From assembly GCA_044229845.1 (NCBI GenBank), contig JBGASG010000011.1, positions 32,001-96,000 on the forward strand: DNA of 64,000 nt. The letters run 5' to 3'. Both the position numbers and the translations under genes were made by a program. Of the stretch, positions 10,640 through 19,413 are shown in pieces. The notes beneath the pieces are model-generated. The model was not told the DNA's origin. It made no database searches and saw only the letters and a program-made list of their open reading frames with translations. Position 1 is the stretch's first letter; each line of letters starts with the position of its first letter. This DNA is from Candidatus Obscuribacteraceae bacterium. Its GTDB lineage: Bacteria; Cyanobacteriota; Vampirovibrionia; Obscuribacterales; Obscuribacteraceae.

Positions 10640-11568
10640 GCATTGCGGATACTACCAGGACGGGACAATTAGCCGCGGCCCGTCGTGTGTTCGCCCTCAC
10701 ACTGCTGCTCAATCTGTCTGTGGCTTTAGCCAAACTACTCTGGGGTTTTGCCACTCATACACTGAGCATGGTGGCAGATGGGTTTCATTCGCTCCTCGAT
10801 GCCTCATCCAACATCGTCGGGATCATTGGCTTGAGTATTTCGACCAAGCCTCCCGATGCCGGTCACCCTTACGGACACAGGAAATTTGAAGCACTGGCAG
10901 CGATATTCATATCGTTCTTGATGTTTCTGTCCAGCTTCGAAATTCTCCGAGAGTGCTTAAATCGGCTGCTGGCGACCAGTGCCGACAAGCCGGACGTCAC
11001 GATCGGCAGTTATGCAATCATGCTGGTCACCATGGTCGTAAATATCGGCGTCTCTCAGTATGAGCGGCGGCAAGCCAAAGCCTTGCGAAGCGAACTATTG
11101 CTGGCCGATTCCATGCACACATTGAGTGATGTATATGCAACTGTCGGCGTGCTCATCTCCTTAGCGGCGATTCAAATGCAGATGACAGTGGTCGATGTGG
11201 CGGCAGCCATATTGATCGTCGTGATTATTTTCAAGGCCGGCTTTGGAATTATTCTCGTGCATCTGAACAGCCTCGTTGATGCTGCCGGCCTCGACGCTGT
11301 GGAGATTGAGAGGCTGGCAGTGTCAGTTCCCGGTGTGCTCGGCTGTCATAAAATACGCAGCCGCGGCATGAGCGACTGCGTATTCGTAGATATGCATTTA
11401 GTCGTTGAAGAAAGTCTGTCAGTAGCCGCCGCTCACGAGATCAGCCAGAAAGTGGAAGCCCTCCTGCTCAACTCAGACCGAGGCATAGTCGATGTCGTCG
11501 TCCATATAGAGCAGGAGCAGCCTGAATCGAAAGGCGCTTGCCACGAAGAGACGACACCATCCAATTAG
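10636..11568 (+). CDS. Cation diffusion facilitator (FieF-like) transporter
   Basis: ADGFHSLLD, HPYGHRKFE, DSMHTLSD, C-terminal dimerisation domain. Confidence 0.95.
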   Translation: MSIADTTRTGQLAAARRVFALTLLLNLSVALAKLLWGFATHTLSMVADGFHSLLDASSNIVGIIGLSISTKPPDAGHPYGHRKFEALAAIFISFLMFLSSFEILRECLNRLLATSADKPDVTIGSYAIMLVTMVVNIGVSQYERRQAKALRSELLLADSMHTLSDVYATVGVLISLAAIQMQMTVVDVAAAILIVVIIFKAGFGIILVHLNSLVDAAGLDAVEIERLAVSVPGVLGCHKIRSRGMSDCVFVDMHLVVEESLSVAAAHEISQKVEALLLNSDRGIVDVVVHIEQEQPESKGACHEETTPSN

Positions 11569-11867
11569 TCGGGCATGTTTTCCAGGTTTTCCAGGCTGCC
11601 ACTGACTATCACATCATAGAGTCCGACAGCCAGTAGTCCTGCGGCACCGCCGACCGAACCGAAAGCAAGAGCAGCCATAATTACGCCTGTGAGCGTCATG
11701 TCCGGCAGCGGTCCGAAAACGAAGGGCACTGCCATCGCAGTAAAAACGAATCCGAGAATAATGCCGGCATTAAAAAGAACGTGCAGCGGCAGAGCCTTGC
11801 GTCGCACCGGCGCTACGGTCGTGGCGGTCCTGACTGTGCCGTGGTTGATTGTAAACATACGAGTCAC
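11565..11867 (-). CDS. Hypothetical two-TM membrane protein
   Basis: Two hydrophobic segments; GGATGAGAG before GTG. Confidence 0.55.
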   Translation of the reverse strand: MTRMFTINHGTVRTATTVAPVRRKALPLHVLFNAGIILGFVFTAMAVPFVFGPLPDMTLTGVIMAALAFGSVGGAAGLLAVGLYDVIVSGSLENLENMPD

Positions 11868-11994
11868 CTCTCATCCAAATGCATCCTACGTAACTGATTT
11901 TCTCGATTTCACCCGCGAGAAACATCGTCCGCAAGATGGATAGAAGGCCGCCCATCGATTGATACCATGTGGTCGCGATTCGAGAGGTATCTCC

Positions 11995-12789
11995 ATGTGG
12001 CTTTTTATTTGTGTTTTTCTGATTGCGTACATGTATCACGGACTTGGTATCACGCTCGGTTATCATCGTTTGCTCTCGCATCGAGCGTACAAGGCTCCGA
12101 AGTGGCTTGAATACTTGATAGTGCTCGGTGGTTACCTGGCTATGGAAGGCTCGCCGATTTTCTGGGTATCGACCCACCGCCTGCATCACCGGTTCTCAGA
12201 CAGACCCGGCGATCCTCACTCGCCGGTGGATGGGCTCTGGCACGCCTTTGCCGGCTGGATGATCAAACCGCGGGTTTTTGTTTCTTCAGAGGAAAGCAGA
12301 CGACTGGCACCAGACCTCTACCGCGACCCGATCTACAGAGCTTTGCATTGCGCCCACAGCGGCATGGAAGGCTGGCTGTGTTTGACGATCTCCGCGATAT
12401 TCAGACTGGGGATCTTCCTTCTATTCGGTCCCGTTGTCTTTTTCGCTCATTTGCTTGGAAGTTTGCTGGCATTTTCGGCGCCGCTGATCGTCAATCTTTT
12501 CTGCCACATGCCCTGGCTTGGCTACGAGAGCCATGCCTGCGGCGACCAGAGTCGCAATGTGCCGGTGGTGGCATTACTTTCCTTCGGCGAAGGATGGCAC
12601 AACAATCATCACGCGTTTCCAGGCTCGGTGCGATTCGGGCTAAACCCACGCGAATTCGATATGACCTTCCAGGTAGCCCGTCTCTTGCAGGCGGTGGGAT
12701 TGATCCGCGACCTGGCAATCCCTCAAATCGTGCCGGTCAGCCAGGTGGAAGAAAGCAAACCGCTGGTGAAAAATCATCCTAAAGGATGA
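11995..12789 (+). CDS. Membrane fatty-acid desaturase (delta-9/DesC-like)
   Basis: His boxes HRLLSH, HRLHH and GEGWHNNHH; DPHSP. Confidence 0.95.
   Translation: MWLFICVFLIAYMYHGLGITLGYHRLLSHRAYKAPKWLEYLIVLGGYLAMEGSPIFWVSTHRLHHRFSDRPGDPHSPVDGLWHAFAGWMIKPRVFVSSEESRRLAPDLYRDPIYRALHCAHSGMEGWLCLTISAIFRLGIFLLFGPVVFFAHLLGSLLAFSAPLIVNLFCHMPWLGYESHACGDQSRNVPVVALLSFGEGWHNNHHAFPGSVRFGLNPREFDMTFQVARLLQAVGLIRDLAIPQIVPVSQVEESKPLVKNHPKG
12774..12789. promoter_or_regulatory. TCATCC-N4-GGATGA operator candidate
   Basis: TCATCCTAAAGGATGA overlapping the desaturase stop, upstream of the PaaA-like gene. Confidence 0.6.
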
Positions 12790-12877
12790 TCGATTTATCC
12801 GCACGCTACGGCTCCCGGCTGATCACTTTTAGTCCTTAATCCTGAGATCATGGATGAAGCCATGAGGAGCTACTAAC

Positions 12878-13696
12878 ATGAAGATTTACGATACCGGCGA
12901 TACGCTGCCTGCGGAGTACCGAGCAGCTCTGATTGACCTGCTCTCATTCCAGGCTGACTCTGAATTTGCCGGCGGGCAGCGGGTGGGCGAGAATATGCGC
13001 TTTGCACCGCGCCCGGAGGAAGCCTATCGCCTCTCGAAAAAAATGATGGAAGAATGCGGCCATGGCTGGTATTGCTGGCAACTTCTGGAAGAGCTGGGTA
13101 TCGACGTTAACGCCCGGGTTGTCGAACTGGTCACCAATCCGCATAACCCAGACCCCAAGAAAGTGCGCGTCATCAATGGCTTCAAACACGAAAACTGGAA
13201 ACGTTTTTTCGACGAGTGGGCTGACGTTGCGATGTTTTCCACCGTGGTGACACCGGGTGCTGTTGCTTTTCTCGGACAATACCGAGAATCTTCCTATCTG
13301 CCCTGGCGCCGAGTCAGTGAGAGGATTTATCAGGAAGAGAAGGGGCATCTGGCCTTCGGCGTCTGGGCGGCGCGGCGCGTAATCGAATTCGATGGAGAAG
13401 CTGGGCGTGAACGCTTGCAAAAAGCGATACCCAAGTTTATGGCTATGGGACTCGGATTCTCCGGGCGTCCAGAGGACGAAAGCAAAAACTTCGCCCGTTA
13501 TTTCGAAATGGGCCTGAAATTAAAAACGTCCGACCAGCTGCAAGATGAGTATCTCGAGATAGTCTCGAAGCGTCTTTCCGTGCTGGGCTTAGAAATGCCT
13601 GCCAGCGTCGAACCCGACTACGAGATGAGGTTCGGCTATGGAATCGATGACGTCCAGACGCCCGAGCGGCTGCAGCCTGTCGGTAAGAGTAAATGA
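12878..13696 (+). CDS. PaaA/BoxB-like ferritin-fold diiron protein (acyl-CoA epoxidase family)
   Basis: LPAEYRAALI...QADSE, EECGH, WAD, SSYLPW, EEKGH align by eye with PaaA; GAGGAG SD. Confidence 0.85.
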   Translation: MKIYDTGDTLPAEYRAALIDLLSFQADSEFAGGQRVGENMRFAPRPEEAYRLSKKMMEECGHGWYCWQLLEELGIDVNARVVELVTNPHNPDPKKVRVINGFKHENWKRFFDEWADVAMFSTVVTPGAVAFLGQYRESSYLPWRRVSERIYQEEKGHLAFGVWAARRVIEFDGEAGRERLQKAIPKFMAMGLGFSGRPEDESKNFARYFEMGLKLKTSDQLQDEYLEIVSKRLSVLGLEMPASVEPDYEMRFGYGIDDVQTPERLQPVGKSK

Positions 13697-13974
13697 AACA
13701 TGACGGCAGTAAGGCAACTGCCACCAGCAAGCAGCACGTAACCGATCCGGAGACCTGCATCCAGTGCTCGGCGTGCGAACTTGCCTGCCCTCAGAAGGCA
13801 ATCGAGTCCATTCTCGGTCGTTATTGCATCGACTTCGATAAATGCAAAGCTTGCGGCGCCTGCATTGAAGACTGTCCAACAGGCGCCTGCGATTGCTTTA
13901 TCGAAACGGATTCACCGTACTCGCCATCTGACCAATCAAAGTGGCGAACTCTGCCGTCTCCACCTACGATTTAA
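13693..13974 (+). CDS. 2x[4Fe-4S] ferredoxin resembling the BoxA N-terminal domain
   Basis: KQHVTDPETCIQCSACELACP and CKACGACIEDCPTGA; ATGA overlap with the upstream gene. Confidence 0.92.
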   Translation: MKHDGSKATATSKQHVTDPETCIQCSACELACPQKAIESILGRYCIDFDKCKACGACIEDCPTGACDCFIETDSPYSPSDQSKWRTLPSPPTI

Positions 13975-14458
13975 TAACTGCTCCGGCTGCGGCGCGAATC
14001 CGATCTTTGCGTTGCACTTTCACCTTCGAGCGCACAATCTCAACAGAACACGGCGCATAAATTGCCACCGTTTGCGAGACGCTACCCAACGGGTGGTTGC
14101 CAGAGAAGTCCTTGTTGTGACAGCCGACGTATATTTTGTCGGCGCTCCATTCAGCGGCGGCATTGATAATCTCTGCTGCCGGTGCGCCTTCTCTAATATC
14201 GAAGTGCACCATAAGATGAGGGTCTTTCGTCAAGATTCGGCTTCGTACGCGTTCACAGAAGTGCCCGGCGCGCAGTTTCCTCTCGTTGACTATGGCATTG
14301 AAAGTTTCTTCGAATTGCGGTCCGTCCGCCGGTATTCGAATCGGCGGCAGCACGGTCAGAACCTTCACCTGTGTATTCGTCGGCCATTGCCGCGCGAGCA
14401 GGGCATTGAGAAGCTCCGTGGACATGGGTGTGTCGTCAATTGCAATGATTGCTTTCAT
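13964..14458 (-). CDS. Universal stress protein
   Basis: MKAIIAIDD; EGAPAAEII; LGSVSQTVAIYAPCSVEIV. Confidence 0.9.
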   Translation of the reverse strand: MKAIIAIDDTPMSTELLNALLARQWPTNTQVKVLTVLPPIRIPADGPQFEETFNAIVNERKLRAGHFCERVRSRILTKDPHLMVHFDIREGAPAAEIINAAAEWSADKIYVGCHNKDFSGNHPLGSVSQTVAIYAPCSVEIVRSKVKVQRKDRIRAAAGAVIKS

Positions 14459-14471
14459 GTCGTTACTCCGA

Positions 14472-15113
14472 TTACTTATTGATTTGAGCGCCAGAGCGCG
14501 CCAGATTGCCACGACCGATGCAGATCGACTCTTCGTCGTCGAAGTGGGCACGCAACTCTCGGTGCAACACAGAGAGCCGGTCAAGTAGAGACGCGAAGTG
14601 CGGCAATCCCGGGATGTTCATCTTAAACTCATTCGTCAGCCCGCTCAGGACCTGCATCGTCTGCACAAATTCATGATGGTCGCACTGCAACTGGTGCAAG
14701 AGTTTGTCGAGATTGGCTTTCTGTATTACCTCCGCATCCGGCTCCGCTGCGTTGAGGACTGCCGCAAAAAGCACTGACTCTTCCCAGTGCAGATGCTCAT
14801 CAAGTTTCGCTTTGAACGATAGAACCGTATCTAAAATCAATGTCACAACGCCATCTTCGGCCAGCACGATCCGATCCGTTTCATCGCGTACCGTGGCTAC
14901 CAATCGTTCGATGTGCTCCAACTGATGTGACAGATAGCTGTGCTGAATCAGCCGCAGATAGCGCAGACAGTCTGACAGTGTACGCTTGCCTGTATAAGGA
15001 TTATGAAGAGGATGATGCTGATCGTCGTTGAGATCAGCCCGTCGAATCCAATCCAGAACCTGCGCCGGCGTCACCGCGGCCGGCTTGTGCTTGTGCTTGT
15101 GCTGCTGTTTCAT
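14472..15113 (-). CDS. Hemerythrin-like (Ric-related) diiron protein
   Basis: QHSYL...HLHWEE...DH...HFDDE, the H/HxxxE/H/HxxxE pattern. Confidence 0.8.
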   Translation of the reverse strand: MKQQHKHKHKPAAVTPAQVLDWIRRADLNDDQHHPLHNPYTGKRTLSDCLRYLRLIQHSYLSHQLEHIERLVATVRDETDRIVLAEDGVVTLILDTVLSFKAKLDEHLHWEESVLFAAVLNAAEPDAEVIQKANLDKLLHQLQCDHHEFVQTMQVLSGLTNEFKMNIPGLPHFASLLDRLSVLHRELRAHFDDEESICIGRGNLARSGAQINK

Positions 15114-15129
15114 AGCAAGTCTCTAAAGC

Positions 15130-15633
15130 TCACGCGCGAGATGTATTCGGGACCCAGTCTTCGTGAGAACCAGAGTCCTTGATCTGGTTGATCATCTCCA
15201 TCGCTGCCTGCTGTCCTGAGGGCGTCCTGGTGTCAATCCCTTCCGAAACCGAGACCAGGCGCTTGTGCGCCGGTGCTCCGACAAACTCATGCAGCAACGT
15301 TCGCAGGTCGTGCCCGCGGTCGCACTCGTGTGATACCAAACGATCCAGATCGGACACAATCAAGCCGTCAGTGAAAGCCATTTGTCTTATGGCCTCCTGG
15401 AGAGAGGTCGCGCGGGTGTCTTGAAACACGATTTTGCGCGCCAGCTTCAGTCCGTGAATCTGGCAAAACTCGTTGATCAAATCGAGTTGTTGATTGATTG
15501 GCATGCTGTTATCGTCCTCTTTGAGGAAAGCCAGCAGGCTGCGGTTTCTCCCTGGCGCGTTTTCCGCCAGCTGGCTGTGAATCGTGCTGCGCAACTCAGC
15601 GCAATTACAGCGACTCTTGTTGTTGGAGATCAT
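15130..15633 (-). CDS. Serine-recombinase (resolvase) catalytic-domain homolog, probably inactive
   Basis: LIVSDLDRL and LVSVSEGIDTRTPSG are resolvase motifs; the YxRVS motif and DNA-binding domain are absent. Confidence 0.7.
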   Translation of the reverse strand: MISNNKSRCNCAELRSTIHSQLAENAPGRNRSLLAFLKEDDNSMPINQQLDLINEFCQIHGLKLARKIVFQDTRATSLQEAIRQMAFTDGLIVSDLDRLVSHECDRGHDLRTLLHEFVGAPAHKRLVSVSEGIDTRTPSGQQAAMEMINQIKDSGSHEDWVPNTSRA

Positions 15634-15749
15634 GGTTCTTTCCTCGGCAGGTAACAAATCCATTTTCTGCGGAAAAGCTCCCCAACGCATGATCCGCGCG
15701 GCTGCCGACGCTCATCCTTGAGAGGTAAAGGATGGGATGATCTTAGCTG

Positions 15750-16778
15750 TCACTGGGGCGGCAGCGACATCAGATACTCGGTGATACTCTTGACCTCTTG
15801 TGGAAACAACCCCGGGTTGACCATTTTGGTCGGCTGCTTCCCCTGGGAGATCCGCTTAAAGTGAGCATCCGGGTTGAAAATATGAGACTCAATATACTCG
15901 CGACTACGGCGCTGTCCAACGCCATCCAGTTTTGGCGCCAGTGAACCGCCTTGCTGACTGATGCTGTGGCAGGACAGGCAGCCCATCTCAACGATCAGCC
16001 TTCGCCCTTCAGGGCTTGGGTTCACAGCACCGCCGGCAACATCATCAGGCTTGACCGAAGCAGGGGTGGCGTGGGTCATGGGTGCTGCTGGTGTGGTCGC
16101 GGAGAGCGTGTGCAGATAGGCGATTAAAGCAGAAACGTCTTGAGAAGCGAACCGTGGATGCGGAAACAGCTCATCGTGCTTGATCAGTTTCACAAATTGA
16201 GCTTCGTTACTTTTGCCCAGTCGCAGGCGCAAATAGTTGTCGGTGCGTCGTTTGGTCACCGCTCCCAGAGGCGGACCCATGCAGCCACCGGCCGAACTTA
16301 TGCTGTGGCACATTACACAGTTGAGACTGTTATAAAGCTCCTTCCCTCGCAGCGCCGCCGCGCCGGTTTCGCTGTTTTTGCCCGCACTGGTCTGAACCGG
16401 ATTGGCAGCCAGCAAATAGTCGGCAATACTGCCTGCCTCCTCTTTGGAGAGCTGCATTTGCGGCATCAAGTTAGGATCGCCACCGAAAGCTTTTCCGTTT
16501 TTGGCGACGCTGGCTTCCGGGTCCAGCAAATGCTGAATGATGAAACTGCGCGTGCGATGCAAGTGATCGAGAGAAACACCACCCTCGGCCCCGGCACCGT
16601 CCATAGTGTGACACGTCAGGCATTGCTGAGCCTTGATCAGAGCCAGCCCACGTTTCGCCTGCGGCGAATTCTTGGCGGGCTGAGGTTGTTTGGGCGGCGG
16701 CGCTGAGTCAGCCCGGTCCCCGGCACAGACAAAAAGGCAGGCAAGGAATAGCAATCCGGCTTTTGCTGCTGTTTTCAT
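15750..16778 (-). CDS. Exported triheme cytochrome c
   Basis: Signal peptide; CLTCH, CVMCH and CLSCH, each in a repeated class I cytochrome c domain. Confidence 0.92.
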   Translation of the reverse strand: MKTAAKAGLLFLACLFVCAGDRADSAPPPKQPQPAKNSPQAKRGLALIKAQQCLTCHTMDGAGAEGGVSLDHLHRTRSFIIQHLLDPEASVAKNGKAFGGDPNLMPQMQLSKEEAGSIADYLLAANPVQTSAGKNSETGAAALRGKELYNSLNCVMCHSISSAGGCMGPPLGAVTKRRTDNYLRLRLGKSNEAQFVKLIKHDELFPHPRFASQDVSALIAYLHTLSATTPAAPMTHATPASVKPDDVAGGAVNPSPEGRRLIVEMGCLSCHSISQQGGSLAPKLDGVGQRRSREYIESHIFNPDAHFKRISQGKQPTKMVNPGLFPQEVKSITEYLMSLPPQ

Positions 16779-16818
16779 AATTTCCTTCAGAGGTTCGATA
16801 CGATTGTATTCGAGTTGC

Positions 16819-18141
16819 TCAAGAATACCAACGGAACGCAGAGCATTGCCGCTCCAGATCCTCCCTGAATTTAGGATGTGCGATAGTAATCAGCGCCCGC
16901 GCCCGCTCCTTCAGAGTCTTGCCATAAAGCTGTGCGATACCGAATTCGGTGACAACGTAATGCACGTCGGCACGGCTGGTCACCACACCGCTGCCAGGAG
17001 GAAGCAAGGCGCTGATGCGAGAAACGGTTTCATCTTTTGCGGTGGATGGCAGCGCGATAATCGCCTTGCCTCCGCGGGCCCTCGCCGCACCGCGGATGAA
17101 GTCCACCTGCCCGCCGAAGCCGCTGTAGAGAAAGCTCCCTATACTGTCTGCCGACACCTGCCCTGTCAAGTCCACCTGCAGCGCCGAGTTGATCGCTGTC
17201 ATCTTATAGTTCTGAGAGATTACAAATGGGTCGTTTATGAAATCGCTGGTTTGAAATTCGACGGCGGGATTGTTGTCCACGAAGTCATAAAGGCGCCGAC
17301 TGCCCATGACGAAACTGACCGCAATTTTGCCCGGCAAAATTGTCTTGGCGTCGTTCGTGATAGTGCCGCACTCCACCAGGTCGAGGATGCCGTCAGACAG
17401 CATTTCGCTGTGGACGCCGAGATTGCTCTTGCCGCGGATCGCACGCAATATCGCGTCGGGGATACGCCCGATTCCCAGCTGTAAGGTAGCTTCATCCTCG
17501 ACCAGAGACGCCACATTCAGTCCAATTCGCTCCTCTACCTCAGATGGTTGATCAGGCAGCAGCTCGGGCAGCGATTGGTCGCATTCCACAATGTGGTCGA
17601 GCCGACTGACATGTACGAAGGAGCGCCCCAGCGTGCGCGGCATTTGCTTGTTGACCTGGGCAATTACAATGCGCGCCTGTTTACGCGCGGCGAGCGTGCA
17701 ATCTACAGAGACGCCATAACTGCAAAAGCCGTGTCGATCAGGGGGCGAAACCTGTACCAGGCAAACATCAATTGGAATTTGCCCCGTCAAAAACAGATTC
17801 GGAATTTCGCTCAAAAATACCGGTAAATAATCGCCACGTCCACTGTTAATGCAATCCCTGACATTAGAGCCAATGAAAAGAGCGTGTACATTGAAAGATT
17901 GCGACAGCTCAGGCTTCGCGTAATCCGCCTCGCCCAAAGTTAGAATCTGGATGATATTGACGCCGCGAAGTTCCGGCGCCCGCTTCACCATGGCATCGAT
18001 GAGAGCACGCGGAGCGGCAGCGTTGGAGTGAATATAGACGCTGTCACCGGAACGAATCCGTCGCACCGCATCCTCGGCCGAACAAAGTTTCTTCCTGTAC
18101 TCAGTTAGCCAGGGCGCTTTTTCGATCAAATCACTGGTCAC
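16819..18141 (-). CDS. Acetyl-CoA hydrolase/4-hydroxybutyrate CoA-transferase family protein
   Basis: TLQLGIG, GVHSEML, GFGGQVDFIRGA, VVTEFG; GAGGAGG SD before GTG 18141. Confidence 0.95.
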   Translation of the reverse strand: MTSDLIEKAPWLTEYRKKLCSAEDAVRRIRSGDSVYIHSNAAAPRALIDAMVKRAPELRGVNIIQILTLGEADYAKPELSQSFNVHALFIGSNVRDCINSGRGDYLPVFLSEIPNLFLTGQIPIDVCLVQVSPPDRHGFCSYGVSVDCTLAARKQARIVIAQVNKQMPRTLGRSFVHVSRLDHIVECDQSLPELLPDQPSEVEERIGLNVASLVEDEATLQLGIGRIPDAILRAIRGKSNLGVHSEMLSDGILDLVECGTITNDAKTILPGKIAVSFVMGSRRLYDFVDNNPAVEFQTSDFINDPFVISQNYKMTAINSALQVDLTGQVSADSIGSFLYSGFGGQVDFIRGAARARGGKAIIALPSTAKDETVSRISALLPPGSGVVTSRADVHYVVTEFGIAQLYGKTLKERARALITIAHPKFREDLERQCSAFRWYS

Positions 18142-18275
18142 CGATTGCCTCCTCGAAGCGCAGCGTTTCACGTCACGGTCTCATTGTCACCGCGAGCCGG
18201 ACCGCAAACATCAGCCGGAAGGGTGGATTAAACCCGCCGGAGTAAGTATTGAGGCTACGCGAGACCGCAGTCCCG

Positions 18276-19232
18276 TTAGCTCACATAAGTCTTGAGCGAC
18301 GTTCGCTTGGCACGTTCGCGCAGCTTCCGCATAGCGGTTATCTCAAGCTGTCGTGCCCGCTCGCGGCTTATACCCAGTTGTTTTCCAGACTCTTCCAGCG
18401 ATTGACACTGACCGCCTGTCAGTCCAAACCGCAACTCGATTACTCGTCGCTCTTGTGGACGCAGGCATTGCAGAAGACCGCGAACATCACGCTGCAGAAG
18501 GCTGGTCTCAGCGGCCGCCTCCGGTGAGTTGCTTTCATTTGTGTCCGTGACCATGTCGTGCAGAGATACTTCCGACTCGGCATTCGGTTGCATATCCAGG
18601 GAGACTACAGGCACACCCGCCTTGATAGCAGCCTCGACTTTAGTGGCAGGCAGGTTACAGTTTTTGCCGATCTCTTCTATGGAAGGTTGGCGGCCGAGGT
18701 CATGACGAAGCTTTTGCGATGATTTGGCGACTTTCTGGCGCGCCTCTTGAATGTGCACCGGCAACCTGACCAGCGACGCTTTGTCTTGAATGGCACGCTG
18801 TATCGACTGGCGTATCCACCAGGTGACGTACGTCGAAAGCCGGAAGCCGCGCGAGGGATCGAATTTCTTGACACCGGTAATTAATCCTAACGTGCCCTCT
18901 TGAATCAGATCTTGCAAACTTAGATTTGGATTGGAACTCGAGTATTTTTTCGCGATACTCACAACCAGTCGCAAATTGGATTGGATTAACTTGTTTCTGG
19001 CTCTTAGATCGCCACCATGAGAGGCTATCGCCAGCTGCATTTCCTTTTCGCGGGACAGTATTTCGTGATTGCAGATACGCGACAAGAAGTCTGGGTCGGA
19101 TTTTTTCGACTCCTCGACTTCATCGACTGATGATTCAGTTTCGTCGTCTTCGGCGCTGTTTTCATCGGCAAAGTCTTCGAGAATCATGCCGATATCGTCG
19201 TGAAATTTACGCGATGTTTTTTTGCTATGCAT
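18276..19232 (-). CDS. RNA polymerase sigma-70 factor (RpoD/SigA family, group-2-like)
   Basis: NLRLVVSIAKKY, DLIQEG, FDPSRGFRLSTYVTWWIRQ, ISRERARQLE. Confidence 0.95.
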   Translation of the reverse strand: MHSKKTSRKFHDDIGMILEDFADENSAEDDETESSVDEVEESKKSDPDFLSRICNHEILSREKEMQLAIASHGGDLRARNKLIQSNLRLVVSIAKKYSSSNPNLSLQDLIQEGTLGLITGVKKFDPSRGFRLSTYVTWWIRQSIQRAIQDKASLVRLPVHIQEARQKVAKSSQKLRHDLGRQPSIEEIGKNCNLPATKVEAAIKAGVPVVSLDMQPNAESEVSLHDMVTDTNESNSPEAAAETSLLQRDVRGLLQCLRPQERRVIELRFGLTGGQCQSLEESGKQLGISRERARQLEITAMRKLRERAKRTSLKTYVS

Positions 19233-19350
19233 GCGGGAAGCTTATCTTTTAAGCCTTTGGAAACCTGATCACGCGGATCCGCGATCAACTACCAACTTCG
19301 ACGCCTGAAAAGCTCAGCTGTTCCGGGTTACGAGCTGAAGAAATAATGAA

Positions 19351-19378
19351 GAAACCGCACCAGGGATGGTGCGGTTTC
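19351..19378 (-). terminator. Probable intrinsic terminator
   Basis: Perfect 12-bp hairpin GAAACCGCACCA/TGGTGCGGTTTC followed by U-rich sequence on the minus strand. Confidence 0.65.
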
Positions 19379-19413
19379 GGCGTCAGTGTGTTCCAACAAA
19401 ACTAACCCTTTTG

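Noticed and set aside
12878..13696. Aldehyde-deformylating oxygenase (alkane synthesis)
   Set aside because: Motifs match PaaA/BoxB rather than ADO, and no acyl-ACP reductase is adjacent.
15130..15690. Mobile element marked by a resolvase
   Set aside because: No catalytic Ser motif, transposase, terminal repeats or att-like sites were seen.
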